In this document: positions 13,808-28,026 of the stretch, piece after piece
Numbering within the stretch: the first letter of the stretch is position 1
How the letters are laid out: each line of letters opens with the position of its first letter
Assembly (NCBI GenBank): GCA_964016885.1
Contig: OZ024743.1
Coordinates: 328,290,001-328,354,000, forward strand
Origin: Eledone cirrhosa
Lineage: Eukaryota
Reading direction: 5' to 3'
DNA length: 64,000 nt
Made by a program: the position numbers and the translations under genes
The notes under the pieces: generated by a model
Told to the model about the DNA's origin: nothing
The model's database searches: none
Seen by the model: the letters and a program-made list of their open reading frames with translations, nothing else

Positions 13808-15701
13808 CAATTTTCATTTTGATTTAGATTTTGTATAAAACCTTTTATTATAACCTGTATACCTTCCTTTAATTATTTTAAAAAAAAACAATATGCATAT
13901 TTTATGAAGCACAAATGGTTACACTTTTTAAACAATTATTTTATTATTTTATTTACTAACATATTTTTGCTGGAAAGTATTACCACTTACTCGAATGGTT
14001 AATGATATTAACTAGAGTAGTTAATATTAAAACAGCTGAATTTATTGTTGTTTTAACGTACTGACTGAGAATTTACCCAGTGCATAAGTTTTTGTCGTGT
14101 TCTTATAATAAGATATACCAAAGCTCCTGATGATAAATGACATACAACCATTTTTATCTTCCCTATCTCATACTGCTTATAAAATTCAATAGAGATTTTA
14201 GTTGCTATGCTCAGCAAAAAAAGAACGATATTCTGATTATTCTGCCGGCCTCTGCTTGCTATATATTCGGCACTCACAAGTAATTATTTATGTTGTATAA
14301 ATTATTGTCTTATATTGAGCTAATCTTAATTTAAATATAATTGCTGACTTTAGAAATAATTGAATCAGACAACTATTTAAAATGGGAAGAAGTAGAAAAA
14401 TATAAAAAAAACGATTTATGTATTAAAACAGCCCCATATATATATATATATATGGGGATATGTGTATGTATCTATATATATATATGTATGTGTATGTATG
14501 TATGTATGTATATATATATATATATATAAATATATGTGTGTATGCATGTGTGCGTGGGGGGTGTCATTGTTTTCCAGAAACTATTTCCCCATGACATTTT
14601 ATTTTTTATTAGAAAATGTTAATTTAGGACGACTTTTATATTTTATATTTTAAAATTATTTTAATGGAAATTATTTTGGGATTTTCCTTGAGGAGTAACT
14701 TTTTAATATGAAAGGGACTGAAAAATAAGTCATGCCATGTATCCTTAACTCTTGCTGAAGTGTTAGGGACACCATTTTAACATTTAAGGGTACTATCCTT
14801 CGACATGTGTCATACAATGTGTGCTTAACTCTTGATGAAGTATTAGGGATGCCATTCTGACATTTAGTGGTACCATCTTTGGACATGTGTCATACAGTGT
14901 GTGCTTAACTCTTAATGGAGTGTTAGGGACGCCATCTTTGGACATTTAAACTTATGCTGCACATCCCTCTCAGTTTTTTTTATCACATCATTTTATATAA
15001 ATATTCTGTTTTCTCTGCATTATCTCTTTTTTTATTGGGGTCTGTTTTTGAGAGAGAGGGGGAGAGAGAGAGAGAGAGGGAGAGAGAGAAGTGTTATATG
15101 TGTGTGCAATAGTATGTCTGTATGTGAAGATGGTTGTGTGTGTAATAGGATGATTGTGTGTTAATATGTGTGTATGTGTGATTCAATGTATGTTTGTGTG
15201 TGTGCATATGTGAGTAGATGATAAAATATCTGTGTGTGTATGTGTGGAATGATAATTACTGTGTATATCTGAGTAAATGGTAGGATGTGTGTGTCTGTCT
15301 ATATGTCCATGTGTGTGTTAGTCAGTAATATAATGTTTCTCATAGGTAATATCAATGTAATGGTAGTGTATTCTAATCAATGTCACACTTCCCCTGTTGG
15401 AGCCCTACTCTACCATGTTACTACAGATCAATAGTCAATTAAATGGACTTCCCTACCCCAGTATTTCACTGGTTCTTTATTTTATTGATTGCAGAAGGAA
15501 GGAAAGCAATGCTGACCTCAACAGGATTTGAACTCAGAATCTATAATGCAAGGCATTTTATGGAATATATAATGCAAGGCATTTTATCTGACACTCTAAT
15601 GACTCTGCCTGTCTATTGTCCTTCATCAATCTTTATTTGTTAAACTGCTAAGTCATAGGATATAAACAAACAGTAAACATAAACATGGACAAGGATACAC
15701 A

Positions 15702-15743
<42 letters not shown>

Positions 15744-17874
15744 ATAGAACTATCTCAAATAAAGTAAACTCTTTAACCACACTGCCATGCCTACACCCAT
15801 GTTTATTCCAATTTACGTTGTTGTTGAAATATTGAGATTAATAAATATAGAAATTAATTAATATAGAAACAAATAGAAGAGGAAAACATTTAGTAAAATA
15901 CCTTAAAGCAAAGAAATTTAATTTTTTATTCTAAAAAAACACAAACGACAAAAAAAACACACAAAAAAGTTGCTCTCTCTTTCTCATTTTGTTAATTTAA
16001 AATTTAATTTGATTGTTAAGAATTTTCAATGTCCAGTCTTGCTTTTGTTCTGCCCAACATGACTGACCTCCTATAAATCTTTTACTGTTCCATATCAGTT
16101 CCTTTCTATAAACCTTTTATTATTTTGTCTCTCTAAATATTTCCCTGTTATATTTATTTATATGTAGTTAAAATTATTTTAGGAAAGTCAGAACAATGCA
16201 AGTTAGAAATACAAGAGTGAAGTAAAACAAAAGTTTACACTTTGTTCTCTTATATTTCATGACATCTCCAGCTTATTTTCCTAAATCAATTTTTACTACT
16301 CTCGGTTGTCGAATAATTGTCCCCCCACTGTTTATTAAATTTTGCTAATCTATCTTCAGCAAAATTTTATTTTAAGTGCTAGCATTCCTGCAACACTTAA
16401 TTTTCTTTATACATTATAAAACATTATAAATGACAAAAAAAAGTACATTACTAGAAATCCTATATGTTACAAAATCAATAGGATGGGTTGGGGTCTCAAT
16501 ATGTAGACTAAACATCTAAGTCTGGTTTTTAAAAAACATGGGTACAAGCTGAAGCATATAGACAATATGCCCCCCCCCCCCCACCGCAAGGTGGTCGTGG
16601 AGGTGCCACGGCAAAAAAGCACCCAGCCCACACTGTAAAGTGGACGTGTAGGCGCCACGAAAAAGCACCCAGCACTCACTGTAAATGAGGTTGGTGTTAG
16701 GAAGGGCATCCAGCTGTAGAAATCAAGCCAGATCAGTTCCTGTATGAGCAAGGCATGGTCAGCCGACCAGACACTGCCCACAACAGGACAACCCGTCTAA
16801 CCCATGCTAGCGTGGAAGAACGGATGTAAAACGGTGATGATGATGATCAAGGGTGATAACCTAGAAAATCCCCCCCCCCCCCCCCTTACTATTTGTGACA
16901 CGAGACTGCATATTTCACAATGATTCCTATAAATTATACTCATCTATTTATGTTGTGTGGTAAGTGAAGATATCCAGTGTAATAGTTAAGGTGTTGGTCT
17001 CAAAGTTTTAAGATCTTAAGTTCAATCTCTAGACCAGACAACGTATTATGTCCTTCAGCAAGATACTTTATTTCACATTGTGTCAGTTAACTCAGCAGCA
17101 GCTGGGTGTTCAGGTTGGGATGGACTGGCATCGTCCAGGAGAGAGTCTTGTACTCTCAGTTACTTAATATCACATGGAACTGAGATTAGTTCTTGTGATT
17201 CTTCCAAGAGGAAAGTCATGTATTCTCAGTCACTTAATACCACATGGAATTGGGATAGGCTCTAGTGATTCTTCCAAGAGGAAAGTCATGTATTCCCAGT
17301 CACTTAATACCACATGGAATTGAGATTAGTTCTTGTGATTCTTCCAAGAGGCAAGTCATGTACTCCCAGTCACTTAATACCACATGGAACTGGGATAAGT
17401 TGAAGCCTAGACTCAAGAAAAATTTTAACTTAACCTTATTGAGTGTAATTTATAATTTTCCAAAATTGTTTATGTTGTCTGTGTGTGAATGATTATTTTT
17501 CTATATTTGAATGGTTGGTAATTACACAATATCATTAATTAATTATTATTAAATGGTGGGGGTGGGTGTGCTCTTTTATTCACAGGTGGTAATCAATGTG
17601 TTGCTTCATGAAAGTTAATTTTTCTCATCCATTCTTCAATATTTTAGTACCTTCCAGAAGTATTCAACCAAATCTGTGAGAATAGATTCTCTCAGTTGTT
17701 AAAATAATTTTATATTTAATATAAATGATATATCATCATATAATTTTGTCATGTGAAAATAATTTTATATATAATATAAATGATATATCACATCATATAA
17801 TAATCCTTTCACATATTAAAATAATTTTAGCCATATTAGAGTTAAATGTAGTTTAATTTGAAGCACAAATATTG

Positions 17875-18029
17875 CAGGCTGTTTCATGCACATTTTATTT
17901 TGTATCACTGCATTCTTCAGTTGTGTGCACTACTTTCCTCTGAGTACAAGATGCAATGTTCACAACTTAAGAATGAAATGTGTTTATTTTGCAGGGATGC
18001 AAAATGAAAAGTGCATGAAACAGCCTGCA
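17875..18029. mobile_element. Palindromic MITE-like element
   Basis: Long inverted repeat: GCAGGCTGTTTCATGCACATTTTATTTTGTATC ... GATGCAAAATGAAAAGTGCATGAAACAGCCTGC. Confidence 0.6.
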
Positions 18030-18485
18030 TTGTAAATATCATGTGATATTTGGACTTCCAAAGAGAATATGATGAATGTTGTGGCTATAGGAACATGATA
18101 AAATTACTATCTACTCATTTCTATTAAGATATTACTAAGAAAAGAGCACCCAATATGTGGTGCATTTCTTAAGTTATTGGTTAAGTCAAAACTATTATGA
18201 ATAAATCAATAGTATTTGACGTTAATGTAATCCTGGTCATATCAACTTTATCTTATTTTCCACAATGTCACATTTTCTTTTGTTATTAATGTAGATATAT
18301 TTCCTAATTTTTTTTTCAAAATAATCTTTAGATTTTTATGAAGGATTTCTTACTTTCTCCTAATTTTTGTACTATGTAGTAAGATAAAACAGCTAGGGTG
18401 AATAGTTTGTATGTATATATATGTAGAAGCAGTTTTAAACTAGTTAGGCCATTACTCAATAGTTGGGATAGTAGAGTATGACTAT

Positions 18486-18733
18486 ATTAGAAAGAGTTGG
18501 GGCCTGACAGCTGAGCTCTTGCCATTTCAACAGCTAGTTCCAGGCTGTTAGCCAACAGGCTTATGGTCAACTAACAGTTTCATCTGGGGTGTGGCATGTC
18601 CATATATGGGTTTAAGCTGTCCATCCATGTGTAAATGTTCTGCCCCTGTTGAAATGGCCAGTTGACTGTAAGTCTGTTGGCTAACAGCCTGGAATTAGCT
18701 GTTGAAACAGCTGTCAGGTCCCAACTCTTTCTA

Positions 18734-18735
<2 letters not shown>
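18486..18735. mobile_element. Fold-back MITE, TA-associated
   Basis: TTAGAAAGAGTTGGGGCCTGACAGCTG ... CAGCTGTCAGGTCCCAACTCTTTCTAA. A shorter relative lies at about 37267-37388 and a half copy at about 11512-11565. Confidence 0.75.
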
Positions 18736-18766
<31 letters not shown>

Positions 18767-19474
18767 GCCTGTTCACCACCACAAATTTATTTTCAAAGAT
18801 TCACTTCTGTTAGATTAAAGTCACTGCCTGTTGTTACTGAAAAATTTAGTGTTTAAGTTTGGTTTTTGTTGTCTAGTATTTCTATGAATTTAACAACATC
18901 CCCCAAATACTCTTCTACCATATCCTAAACATACAAGCTGGTTATAAGGAATGCACTTGAAAAACTACTACTGTAACCTATTATTAACTGAAGCTGATCT
19001 ATTTATTCCTACCGGTGTCCCTTATATATACGAAAAGCTTTCTATTATCATTCAGTACTCAGATTGATAAAATATTTCTATCAGTTAAGGTTCATGAGAA
19101 AGTGTGTGCGAGAGAGAAAGAGGTCCTATGCTGATCAAACTGGAGTATGTTATATCCTTTCTGTACTCTATTCCTCCCCTCATTAATTAGCAGAGCACAC
19201 CTACCTACCTCTTTGTTTGTCCATTGAACAAAGCAAGGCAGTTTATATCCTAAGACAAATATACCTCCCACCCTCTACCGGTGTTTCATGTGATAATTTT
19301 CTTTTATGTTGATTAATTAATAAAATAAAATTAACACCTTTTTTTCAAAATGAATTTTTCCATATAAATTAAAAAGTAAAACAAAACAAAAATAAACTAT
19401 GCTTCCGTAAACGCATTCTTATTCATGTCTATATCTATTTACATGTCCCTAGTTTCAAGCATATTTTAGGTTGT

Positions 19475-19735
19475 GGAGACACATGGCCCAGTGGGTAGGG
19501 TGTTGGATCTGTGATCATAATGTGGGTTTGATTCTTGGACTGGGTTGCATCTATTTTGGAGCAAAATACTTCATTTCACATTGCTCCAGTTCACTCAGCT
19601 GAAAATGAGTACCAGCACTAGCTGGGAATTAACCCTGCATTGGACTGGTATCCTGTCCAGGGGGAAGTCTTCTATCTACTCACAGTTGCTTAATGCCAAT
19701 GAAACTGGAATAATCTTCAGCCTGGAGCAGACTTT
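19475..19735 (+). mobile_element. tRNA-derived SINE, second family
   Basis: TGGCCCAGTGGGTAGG A-box and GGTTTGATTC B-box, followed by CACATTGCTCCAGTTCACTCAGCTGAAAATGAGTACC. A relative lies at about 16975-17400. Confidence 0.6.
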
Positions 19736-22700
19736 TACATATAGGTATATATATCGTTAAGTGCTGTTCTAAATAAGATACTGCTTTTATCTGTAGGGCT
19801 TAAATATGATTGCTGTAAAGACTGGCATCAAAGACATTGACTATCATCACGAGTATAGTTAATTTATCTTTTACTTCCAAAATGTTATAGAGTTCATCAA
19901 ACTTAAAGCATGGATCTTGAGTAACCAACACTTAAATGAAAAGTTAAAATGTTTTCCTTAGAAATATCTTTTTTGTTTTTTTGATTGTTCAAGAAACATT
20001 TAAACATCCACTAGAGGAATTATATAACATCAATAAAGCTACCTACGTAACTCCACTTGAAGTCCAATGATATCTTTTTAATAATTTTCGATATAGAATC
20101 TTGTATTAACTTTTTCATCACAATTATTTTTTTTTCGAGAGTAATTTGATAAATTATTTGGTCCAACAACTGAAAGTCTATTTACACCAGTAATTGTTCA
20201 TTTTAAAATGCAGCCATCAAAATATATTCTTGGAGAAAATGTTACATGCAATATATTTAAATATTCTGAAGACATTACAAAAAATCAACAAAACAATCTA
20301 GGCATATGGCTTGTCTATTATCTTGAGAAAATTGTCCATGATGTAGCCAAAATATTTCCATATAAATATCACCTGTTTACTAGGAACATAAATTACATAT
20401 AAAGCCCTACCCCACCCACGAGAAGATTGGTCACACATTGACTTTGTTTGAAATGTAGAAGAAACAGTAATAAAAGTATATATTTTACAAGCTCGTACCC
20501 AATCTCTTGTAAAAGTAAGATTAATTGTAAGCATTAAATTAAGTCAAATTTAATTTTAATTACTCTTGGGTCTCGAATAATTAAGTATCACTCATTAATT
20601 CTTGTTAAGTTTTAATAAATTCTTAAGCAAGGAAGAATTACTACCTTATTGCTATAAATGTAATTAAGTAGACTGAGTATTATCACTTTAGTAATTAACA
20701 CAATAATTGATGAGAATGGTAGTTCCAGTTAGCTAATTAGCTACATCAAAGGTATGTAACAATAACAATCAATATAAGATTTATATGTGAATAGAGTCAC
20801 ATAATTACAGGACAGTTATGTGTTGTCATAACACTGTATCATATCTTAGCTTGTCTCATACAATAGTCCGTAAATAACTTGTTTTAACAGAATTACAACC
20901 AGAAGCTTCAACCTAAGTGAAATCAGTACTCTCAGGTTTTGAACATTCATCCCCCCACTTAGTAATTTTTCAGATCTTCTCGCCTGCTTATTAAATTTTA
21001 CTAGTACCATTCCTGCAACAATTTTCTTCATACATTAAAAAAACATTATGAGAAATAAAGTACATTACTAGAAATCCTATATGTTACAAAATAGGATGGG
21101 TTGGGGTCTCAATACGGAAACTAAATGACTAATTCTGGTTTAAAAAAAAAAAAAATCTGCAGACAACCCCCCATTATTTGGGATCCAAGAGTACTTGGTA
21201 AATTAAAGATAGTATTACCAATAAAATAGTGATTTTGCTAATATATATATATCACATTTCATTATGGTGCTTTAGCATTAACCCTTTTGATACCAACTTG
21301 CATCTGGTACCTTGAAACAAAACCTATCTCAAATAAGAATCCTTTTTTATGTTACGAATACCATCTTAGTAATGAAATAATAATTTTAGCAAATCCACCC
21401 TTAATCGAAATATGGTATGTCATTAAAAATAAGATTTTTAAACAAATTACACACCTATTTTCTTCAAGATTTATAAACATTGCATGTAAACCAAAAAACA
21501 AAGTAACTCCATAAATAAAACGATTATTTTAACCAGAACTATCAGATTGTGTTGGAATAGTTATATTATTCAAGATAAAAAAAACTTTTTGTTGGAATAA
21601 TTATTTTACTTAATTCTTTAATCTTTTCATTTACAATTCAACTCCTGCTTTAAAATGTAAGAGATGCCACCACAGCAGTCATAAACACAGCTGCTATCTT
21701 TTAGCTTTTGAAATATTCAAGTAAATGTAGATATTCTGAATAATTTAATGTAAACACTTAAGCAGTGATTCTGAGATGAGTCATTCTTTCTTTCCTCCCC
21801 ATTTTCAATTATCATCTAGTAATGTTTTAACCATTATACTTTTACAATGTTAATTATTAAAACAATTCATTAAATCAAATTACTAGTCTGTTTTATGAAC
21901 TTAATTACACTTAAATTGAGCATTTCTTTTGAAATATATATATATACAATGTACACTATAGCTGTGTATATTATTTCTTTTAAACTATATATATACAATG
22001 TACACTATAGCTGTATATTATTTCTTTTGAACTATATATATATACAATGTACATTATAGTTGGGTATATTGGTAATTCATTTGAAATAAATACACAATAT
22101 ACTCTATAGTTGGGTGTTTCATGTGATATATAGACGATGTACTATAGATTTCATTTGAAATATATACACAATAGTTGGTATATTGGTATTTCATGTGATA
22201 TAAACAATATTCACTATAGTTGGGTATCCTTCCACCCCCAGGAATCAATTACTGCAATAAAGGGCTAGTAACATCATCCAACACTAGACATCTACTAATG
22301 TAACACCAATTGCCCAATCTAAATTCAAATAATTTTATTTTAAAAACAATCTATTAATTACTAGAGAATTACCATCAGTAAACTTTCAATTGATAAATAA
22401 AAGGACAGTTTTATAAATTTAATGTGTTTTATCAATTGAACCCCATGTAAGTAGTCTAAGTTTTTCACTTGTCAATATTTTAAGCCTCTCTTCTCCCCAA
22501 ATACTCTTCATTGGTATCATTATAACAATTTATTTGGTGTGGCTAATGAGAAAGAATATAGGAAATGTCTATTTTGTTTTGATTAAAGTTATAAAAAAAA
22601 AAAAAAAAAAAAAACTGCTAAAAAATTGTCTTTATCACTAATGGATTCCATGAAACAGATATTTCTCTATAAACCATTCAACACAGGCTGTTGTGTTGTC

Positions 22701-23573
22701 TGCATGTTCAACAGACAACCACCAGAGGTTTAGATACAGACCGGTGTCTACGTGTGCAATAGAGAGACCACCACCAGATGTTTACAGATACAACTCAGGC
22801 TGTTAGCTACATATTCAACATATGGTGTCTACAGAAAAAATTCTCATTGCTGATACAAATCTTGATTTAAATGTAGCCATCAAAATACAAGTCCTTCCTA
22901 CATACCAGAGTAAACACTGATAACCCTTCATACCAATTTCAGACAGGACTGTTATATTTTCCAATGACTTTACATTATAAGCCTTGTTATCATCACCATT
23001 ATCACCGTTTAGCATCCATTTTTTTCATGTTAGTATGGGTTAGATGAGTCGTCCTATTGTGAGAAGTGCAGGGTCAGATGATCATGTCTTGCTCATATAG
23101 AATTGATTTGGGCTTGGTTTCTGCAGATGGATGACCGCCCCCAACACAAACCACACTTACAGTAGTACTGGGTGCTTCTTATCGTGACACCTACACGACC
23201 ACTTTGCACTGCAGGCTGGGTGCGTTTTGTCGTGTTGCCAAGGACTGTAAACCTATTTACAATCTAAGCAGTAAATTATATAGCCATCAAAATACAAAAC
23301 ATGCCTACATACCAGAGTAAACACATAACCCTTCATACCAATTACAAACAGGATTGGAATTATATTTTCCAATATAATTATATATTAGAAGCCTTGTTAT
23401 GGGATTGTAAACCCAACTGTAAATATTTAGAGACAGATTTATAAGTCAAGCTACATTACATGCAGTAAATATTCCTCTATCAACAACAGTTAACATAAAT
23501 CAATAGTGTTTCTTAGAAACAATAACATCAATAAATGACAAAAGAAAAACACTATAAATACATTCACAATAGT

Positions 23574-23579
23574 TTTATT
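23574..23579 (-). terminator. RPL23A polyadenylation signal
   Basis: AATAAA on the minus strand about 25 nt after the stop codon; short 3' UTRs are typical of ribosomal protein genes. Confidence 0.75.
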
Positions 23580-23602
23580 TGTATAAACCTATACAGTTCA
23601 GT

Positions 23603-23617
23603 TTAGATGATGCCGAT
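23603..23617 (-). CDS. RPL23A: RPL23A exon 5 (IGII*)
   Basis: tttcag|ATC GGC ATC ATC TAA, the conserved uL23 C-terminus. Confidence 0.92.
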   Translation of the reverse strand: MGII

Positions 23618-24274
23618 CTGAAAATAGACAAATAAATAATATTTGAGTATTTATTACAGCAACAAACACACATTTCAAATATAACTTCTAAAATTTCTCA
23701 ACGATATATTTAAGCCCATCTTTTCATTTTACGTTTGTTCACCACACTGGTATGAGTAAGACACTGAGAATAGACAGATCAAATGACTAGGGTTCATGGT
23801 TTCTATGGCTGGATGTCTTACCTAATGCCAACGGCTTTGTAACAAGTGCTGGATGTATTTTAAATGTGTTGCACATACTATAATTATGAGGACAAATCAA
23901 AAGTATAACTAATGGTTTCTGATTTAGGCACATGGTCAACAATTTTGGGGGAGAGGAAAGTTGATTAAATCGACCCCTGTAAAAATGAAAGGCAAAGTCA
24001 ACATCAGCAGGATTTGTACTCAGAACATAAAGGGCTGGAACTAGCCCACAAAGTATGCTGCCCGATGCTCTACTGATACTGCCAATCCATCACCCTACAT
24101 GTGCAACAACCCAGGTCTAAATATTAATAATACTGCTATGGATCAAAGGACGTAGTGCTCATGACACTTTCCAGAGCCTCCATGACTGGTAGAAATAGCC
24201 CCAAATCAGAGAGCTGGTCCATATATTTACAACAGAGTACAGTTCAAAAGCTTATATAAAATGTCAACACCAAC

Positions 24275-24344
24275 CTTGTTAGCAATATCCAGAGCATCGT
24301 AATCTGATACTAATTTCACGTAAGCTTTCTTCTCACCATCAGGC
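24275..24344 (-). CDS. RPL23A: RPL23A exon 4
   Basis: ttgcag acceptor and GTTGGT donor; encodes (R)[23 protein letters not shown]. Confidence 0.95.
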
Positions 24345-24694
24345 CTGCAAAAAGAACATTAATACTGAAATAATGCAACACACCAAACAACAGATACAAG
24401 TACCAAAATATGCACAATTTCTTTTCAGAACTCCATTATATTGGACCAGCACGGTTTAACATCTAGTTGCTAGTTACTATGTATGTATGGGATAGACATT
24501 TATCTAAATCACAAAGAAAAATATCACAGGACTGTGTTGACTTGCCATGCCAGGAGACTCACACCAGTACAAGCACTGTAACACTGAAAATAAATTATGG
24601 TGTTGTACTTATTGCCTCTCCGTCCCAAAACAGATCTAACAACCTTTCCAGTGTTAGTCAAAATAAAATGTACCCTGTAAAACAGTTGGTTTAA

Positions 24695-27153
24695 ACCTTT
24701 AGCATTCAAAGCGACAAGATTATGTCCCCTTTCATTTATTCAAACCGACATTTCAGACCACACGTAGATCTTCTAAAAATAAACATTGACATCATCAAAA
24801 TCTCGTCAATTCGAGATTACTGCGAGATAAAGCCCTTACGCGCGAAAATTAACTCTTAGTATAGTTAAAGAACTTGCGATAACACGTGTTTTTAACTTTG
24901 AAAGTAGCGACAACGAATTTGAAGGTTTTACATCCTACGACATTCAAGATAAAAAAGAAACAGAAGATAATATCAGTGATTTATCTTCAAACAAATCAGA
25001 TATATTTATTTCTGATATATCTGATGATGATGATGATAGTCACTTTGAAAGTGAAAGCGAAGATATAACTGACACCATTGAAAAAACACCAACGTGGTTG
25101 AAAGAAACAACACCGATACATGTTTCGGATTTTACTGAAAATACTGGACCACAATACACATTACCACCCGATGCTAAAGCACTGGATTATTTTTTTTTAT
25201 TTTTGCCACAAACTTTCTTCGAAGTTGTGGCAGAAGAGACAAATCGCTATGCACAACAACAAATTTCTAACCGAGGAAAACCTGATCTGTTATGGTGTCC
25301 GAGAGATTCTGCCGAAATGAAAGCGTTTTTTACCATAAACATTATGTTTGGTATTAAACAATTTCCACGACTGGAATTATTGGAGTACTGATATAAGGTT
25401 TGGTGACCCTTATATATCTAGTATTACGGCAAAAACGAGATTTATAAAATTAAACCAGTATTTGCATCTGGTTGATACTACAAATGCCCCTGGTAGAAAT
25501 GAATCAAATTACGACCCACTGTACAAAGTACGACCATTAATTGAAATGTTGTCAGAAAAATTTAAAAGTGTGTATATACCTGGAAAAAATCTTAGTGTTG
25601 ATGAAGCTATGATTGAGTATAAGGGTAGGGTTCATTTCAGACAGTATATGCCAGCTAAACCCACCAAATGGGGCATCAAAATGTGGGAACTATGTGAATC
25701 GGACACAGGATACTGTGTAAACTTTGATGTTTAAACAGGAAAAAAACTTAACGGAGAGTGAAAACACGGGTTGGGTTACGATGTTGTGTGGTCGCTGACT
25801 CAACCCTTCCACTTTCAACACAGACATATTTATTTTGACCGTTTTTTTTCTTCGGTGCTTTTAGCAGAGGATCTTGCCTTTGTAAATACATACACCTGCG
25901 GCACAATAATGAGCAATCGGAAAGGGCTACCCCAAGAAATAAAAGTGGCGAAACTGAAAAACAGAGGGGACATTCTCCAAATGCAAAAAGAGAACATGTT
26001 AGCCACAGTGTTCAAAGACAAACGGCAAATTTTGTTCCTGAGTTCTAACCAACAACCAGGTGTTGGGGCTGAGGGTAGACCTTTAGTTAACCTCTCCTAC
26101 AATAAATATATGGGTGGGGTTGACAAATCTGACCAGTACTGTGCATATTACCCAGTTGGACGCCCTGGAAAGAAATGGTGGAGATACATCTTGTGGTTTT
26201 TAGTGAATTTAACCATTGTATTTACTAAAAGCCACAAGGATCCGCCACCACCAAAGGACTACTGTCATATGAAATTTCGCGTAGACATTGCATCCCAGCT
26301 ACGTGCAGGATATACTTCTTGTAAACACAAAGCTGGAAAAAAAATCAAAATTAGCAGTGGTCCACAAAGAAAATATTGATTTTCATAAAGTGGAGAGAAT
26401 TGATGGTAGGAGGAAGGTTTGCCGATTGTGCTCTTTGCAAAAGAGAAAAACTGTTAAAGGTTACGCAATCCAAACCCTATTTATGTGTTCCTTTTGCAAA
26501 GTGCCATTATGTAAAGGGTGCTTTGGGCAGTATCACGATAGAAATATTGTCTGGCAATATTGAAAACAATATTTAAAAAATATATTAGCACACATATACA
26601 AAAACACTTGCATTCACCTGTTAATGAACTTATATATTGGGAACATTCTGTTACGTAATTTTACACGGTACATTGCCAATATTATTTTGACTGGTGAAAA
26701 GGTTTTATACATTTTTTTTCAATGAAAATATTTGCCTGGAATGTAGAGAAAGACTAAAACCTTGTACTGATTACACCTGCATTTTTAATTAATTCACCTG
26801 TTCAGAAAACTGCTAGAATTGATGGAAATCAGCATCTAGATCATTATTGGATTTTTTTGCAACAAATCTAACAGGTAAGGCAGATAAAGTTTAAATTTTT
26901 GTGTTTATCCATAAAGTTATTACTTTTACACCTGCCCATAAAAGTCAAATTTAACAAAAAAAAAATCAGGTAAAAATATATAATTGTAAATTATAGTTCT
27001 TTAAACATCTACTGACAAAATTTCAAGTCTGCACATAGAAAATTAAAGTAATTACAAACAAATAAAATTGATAACCCTCTTGAGTATAATTAAGTGAAAA
27101 TAATGCGAATAGATGAACATGACATTTGACAATTCAATGTGAATGCTAAAGGG
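24695..27153 (+). mobile_element. Full-length decayed piggyBac transposon in RPL23A intron 3 (antisense to host)
   Basis: TTAA at 24691-24694 and 27154-27157. TIRs are ACCTTTAGCATTCA and TGAATGCTAAAGGG (one mismatch), with transposase remnants inside. Confidence 0.92.
24900..26563 (+). pseudogene. piggyBac (PGBD4-like) transposase, frameshifted
   Basis: Acidic N-terminus. The DDD-region motifs SVDEAMIEYKGR, QYMPAKPTKWGIK, IYFDRFF and YNKYMGGVDKSDQY are present, with a C-terminal Cys-rich CRLC...CSFCKVPLCKGCFGQYH. It is split over at least 4 ORFs by stops and frameshifts. Confidence 0.92.
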
Positions 27154-27695
27154 TTAAGGAAGAGTATCTAAACAGAGAAGCTATGCCAAAATATAGAATA
27201 TATGAGCAAGCTGTAGTTATCTCAAGATAATCTACCCAACCCATGCCTGCATGGAAAGCAGATGTAAACTATCATTTTATGTCCAGTTTCCATGATAGAA
27301 TAATATAAATAGGTGCAAACAGGAATGTGTGAAGAAGTTTGCTTTCCTTGCAACCATATTACTCCACTGCATGGCAACTTTATTATAGCCTTGCACTTAC
27401 AAACTGCCACTTCTTTACAGAAGACAGCCATCTCTTCAACAAATCCCAGCGTAGTTTGATGGCTGAACAGTGCATCCCCAAAAGAGCTGCCCAGACTCCG
27501 CCAAAGCATGCTAAGATATGACTTGAACTGCCCACTTGTAGAATTGTGACCATGTGCTTCTAACATGTTGCCACTCATCCACCACTGTGGAACAATACAC
27601 ACTAGCAAGCTCCTTTAATACCAAATATGATCCCAAACATTTAAGAAACAAGGACCAAAATCAGTATGAGATACTTAATTCAAATGTTCACTCAC

Positions 27696-27872
27696 CTTAT
27701 TAATGTGTTGACCTTTTCAGCATCAATGTCATACAATTTCTTTACAGCCTGATTAATTTGATGTTTGTTAGCTCTCTTGTCAACAATAAATACAAGTGTG
27801 TTATTGTCTTCTATCTTCTTCATAGCAGATTCTGTTGTCAAAGGATACTTTACAATCCTAAACTGATCAAAT
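27696..27872 (-). CDS. RPL23A: RPL23A exon 3
   Basis: tttcag acceptor and GTGAGT donor; encodes [58 protein letters not shown]. Confidence 0.97.
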
Positions 27873-28026
27873 CTGAAACAAAATAAAATAAACATGATAT
27901 ATCACATTAATAGTCACTTCTCACAGAATTTTAACCAATAATTATATATTAACTAGAAGGCAACCATAGCTATTCTTAAAGCATTCTAGGTAAAAATCAC
28001 TTCAACACAAATTTCCTCATTTCTTT

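Noticed and set aside
2536-14653. Numerous HT-, YI- and VC-repeat ORFs
   Set aside because: Dinucleotide microsatellite artefacts.
24900-26563. Domesticated PGBD gene or RPL23A fusion exon
   Set aside because: It has several frameshifts and stops, retains TIRs and TSDs, and is antisense to the host.
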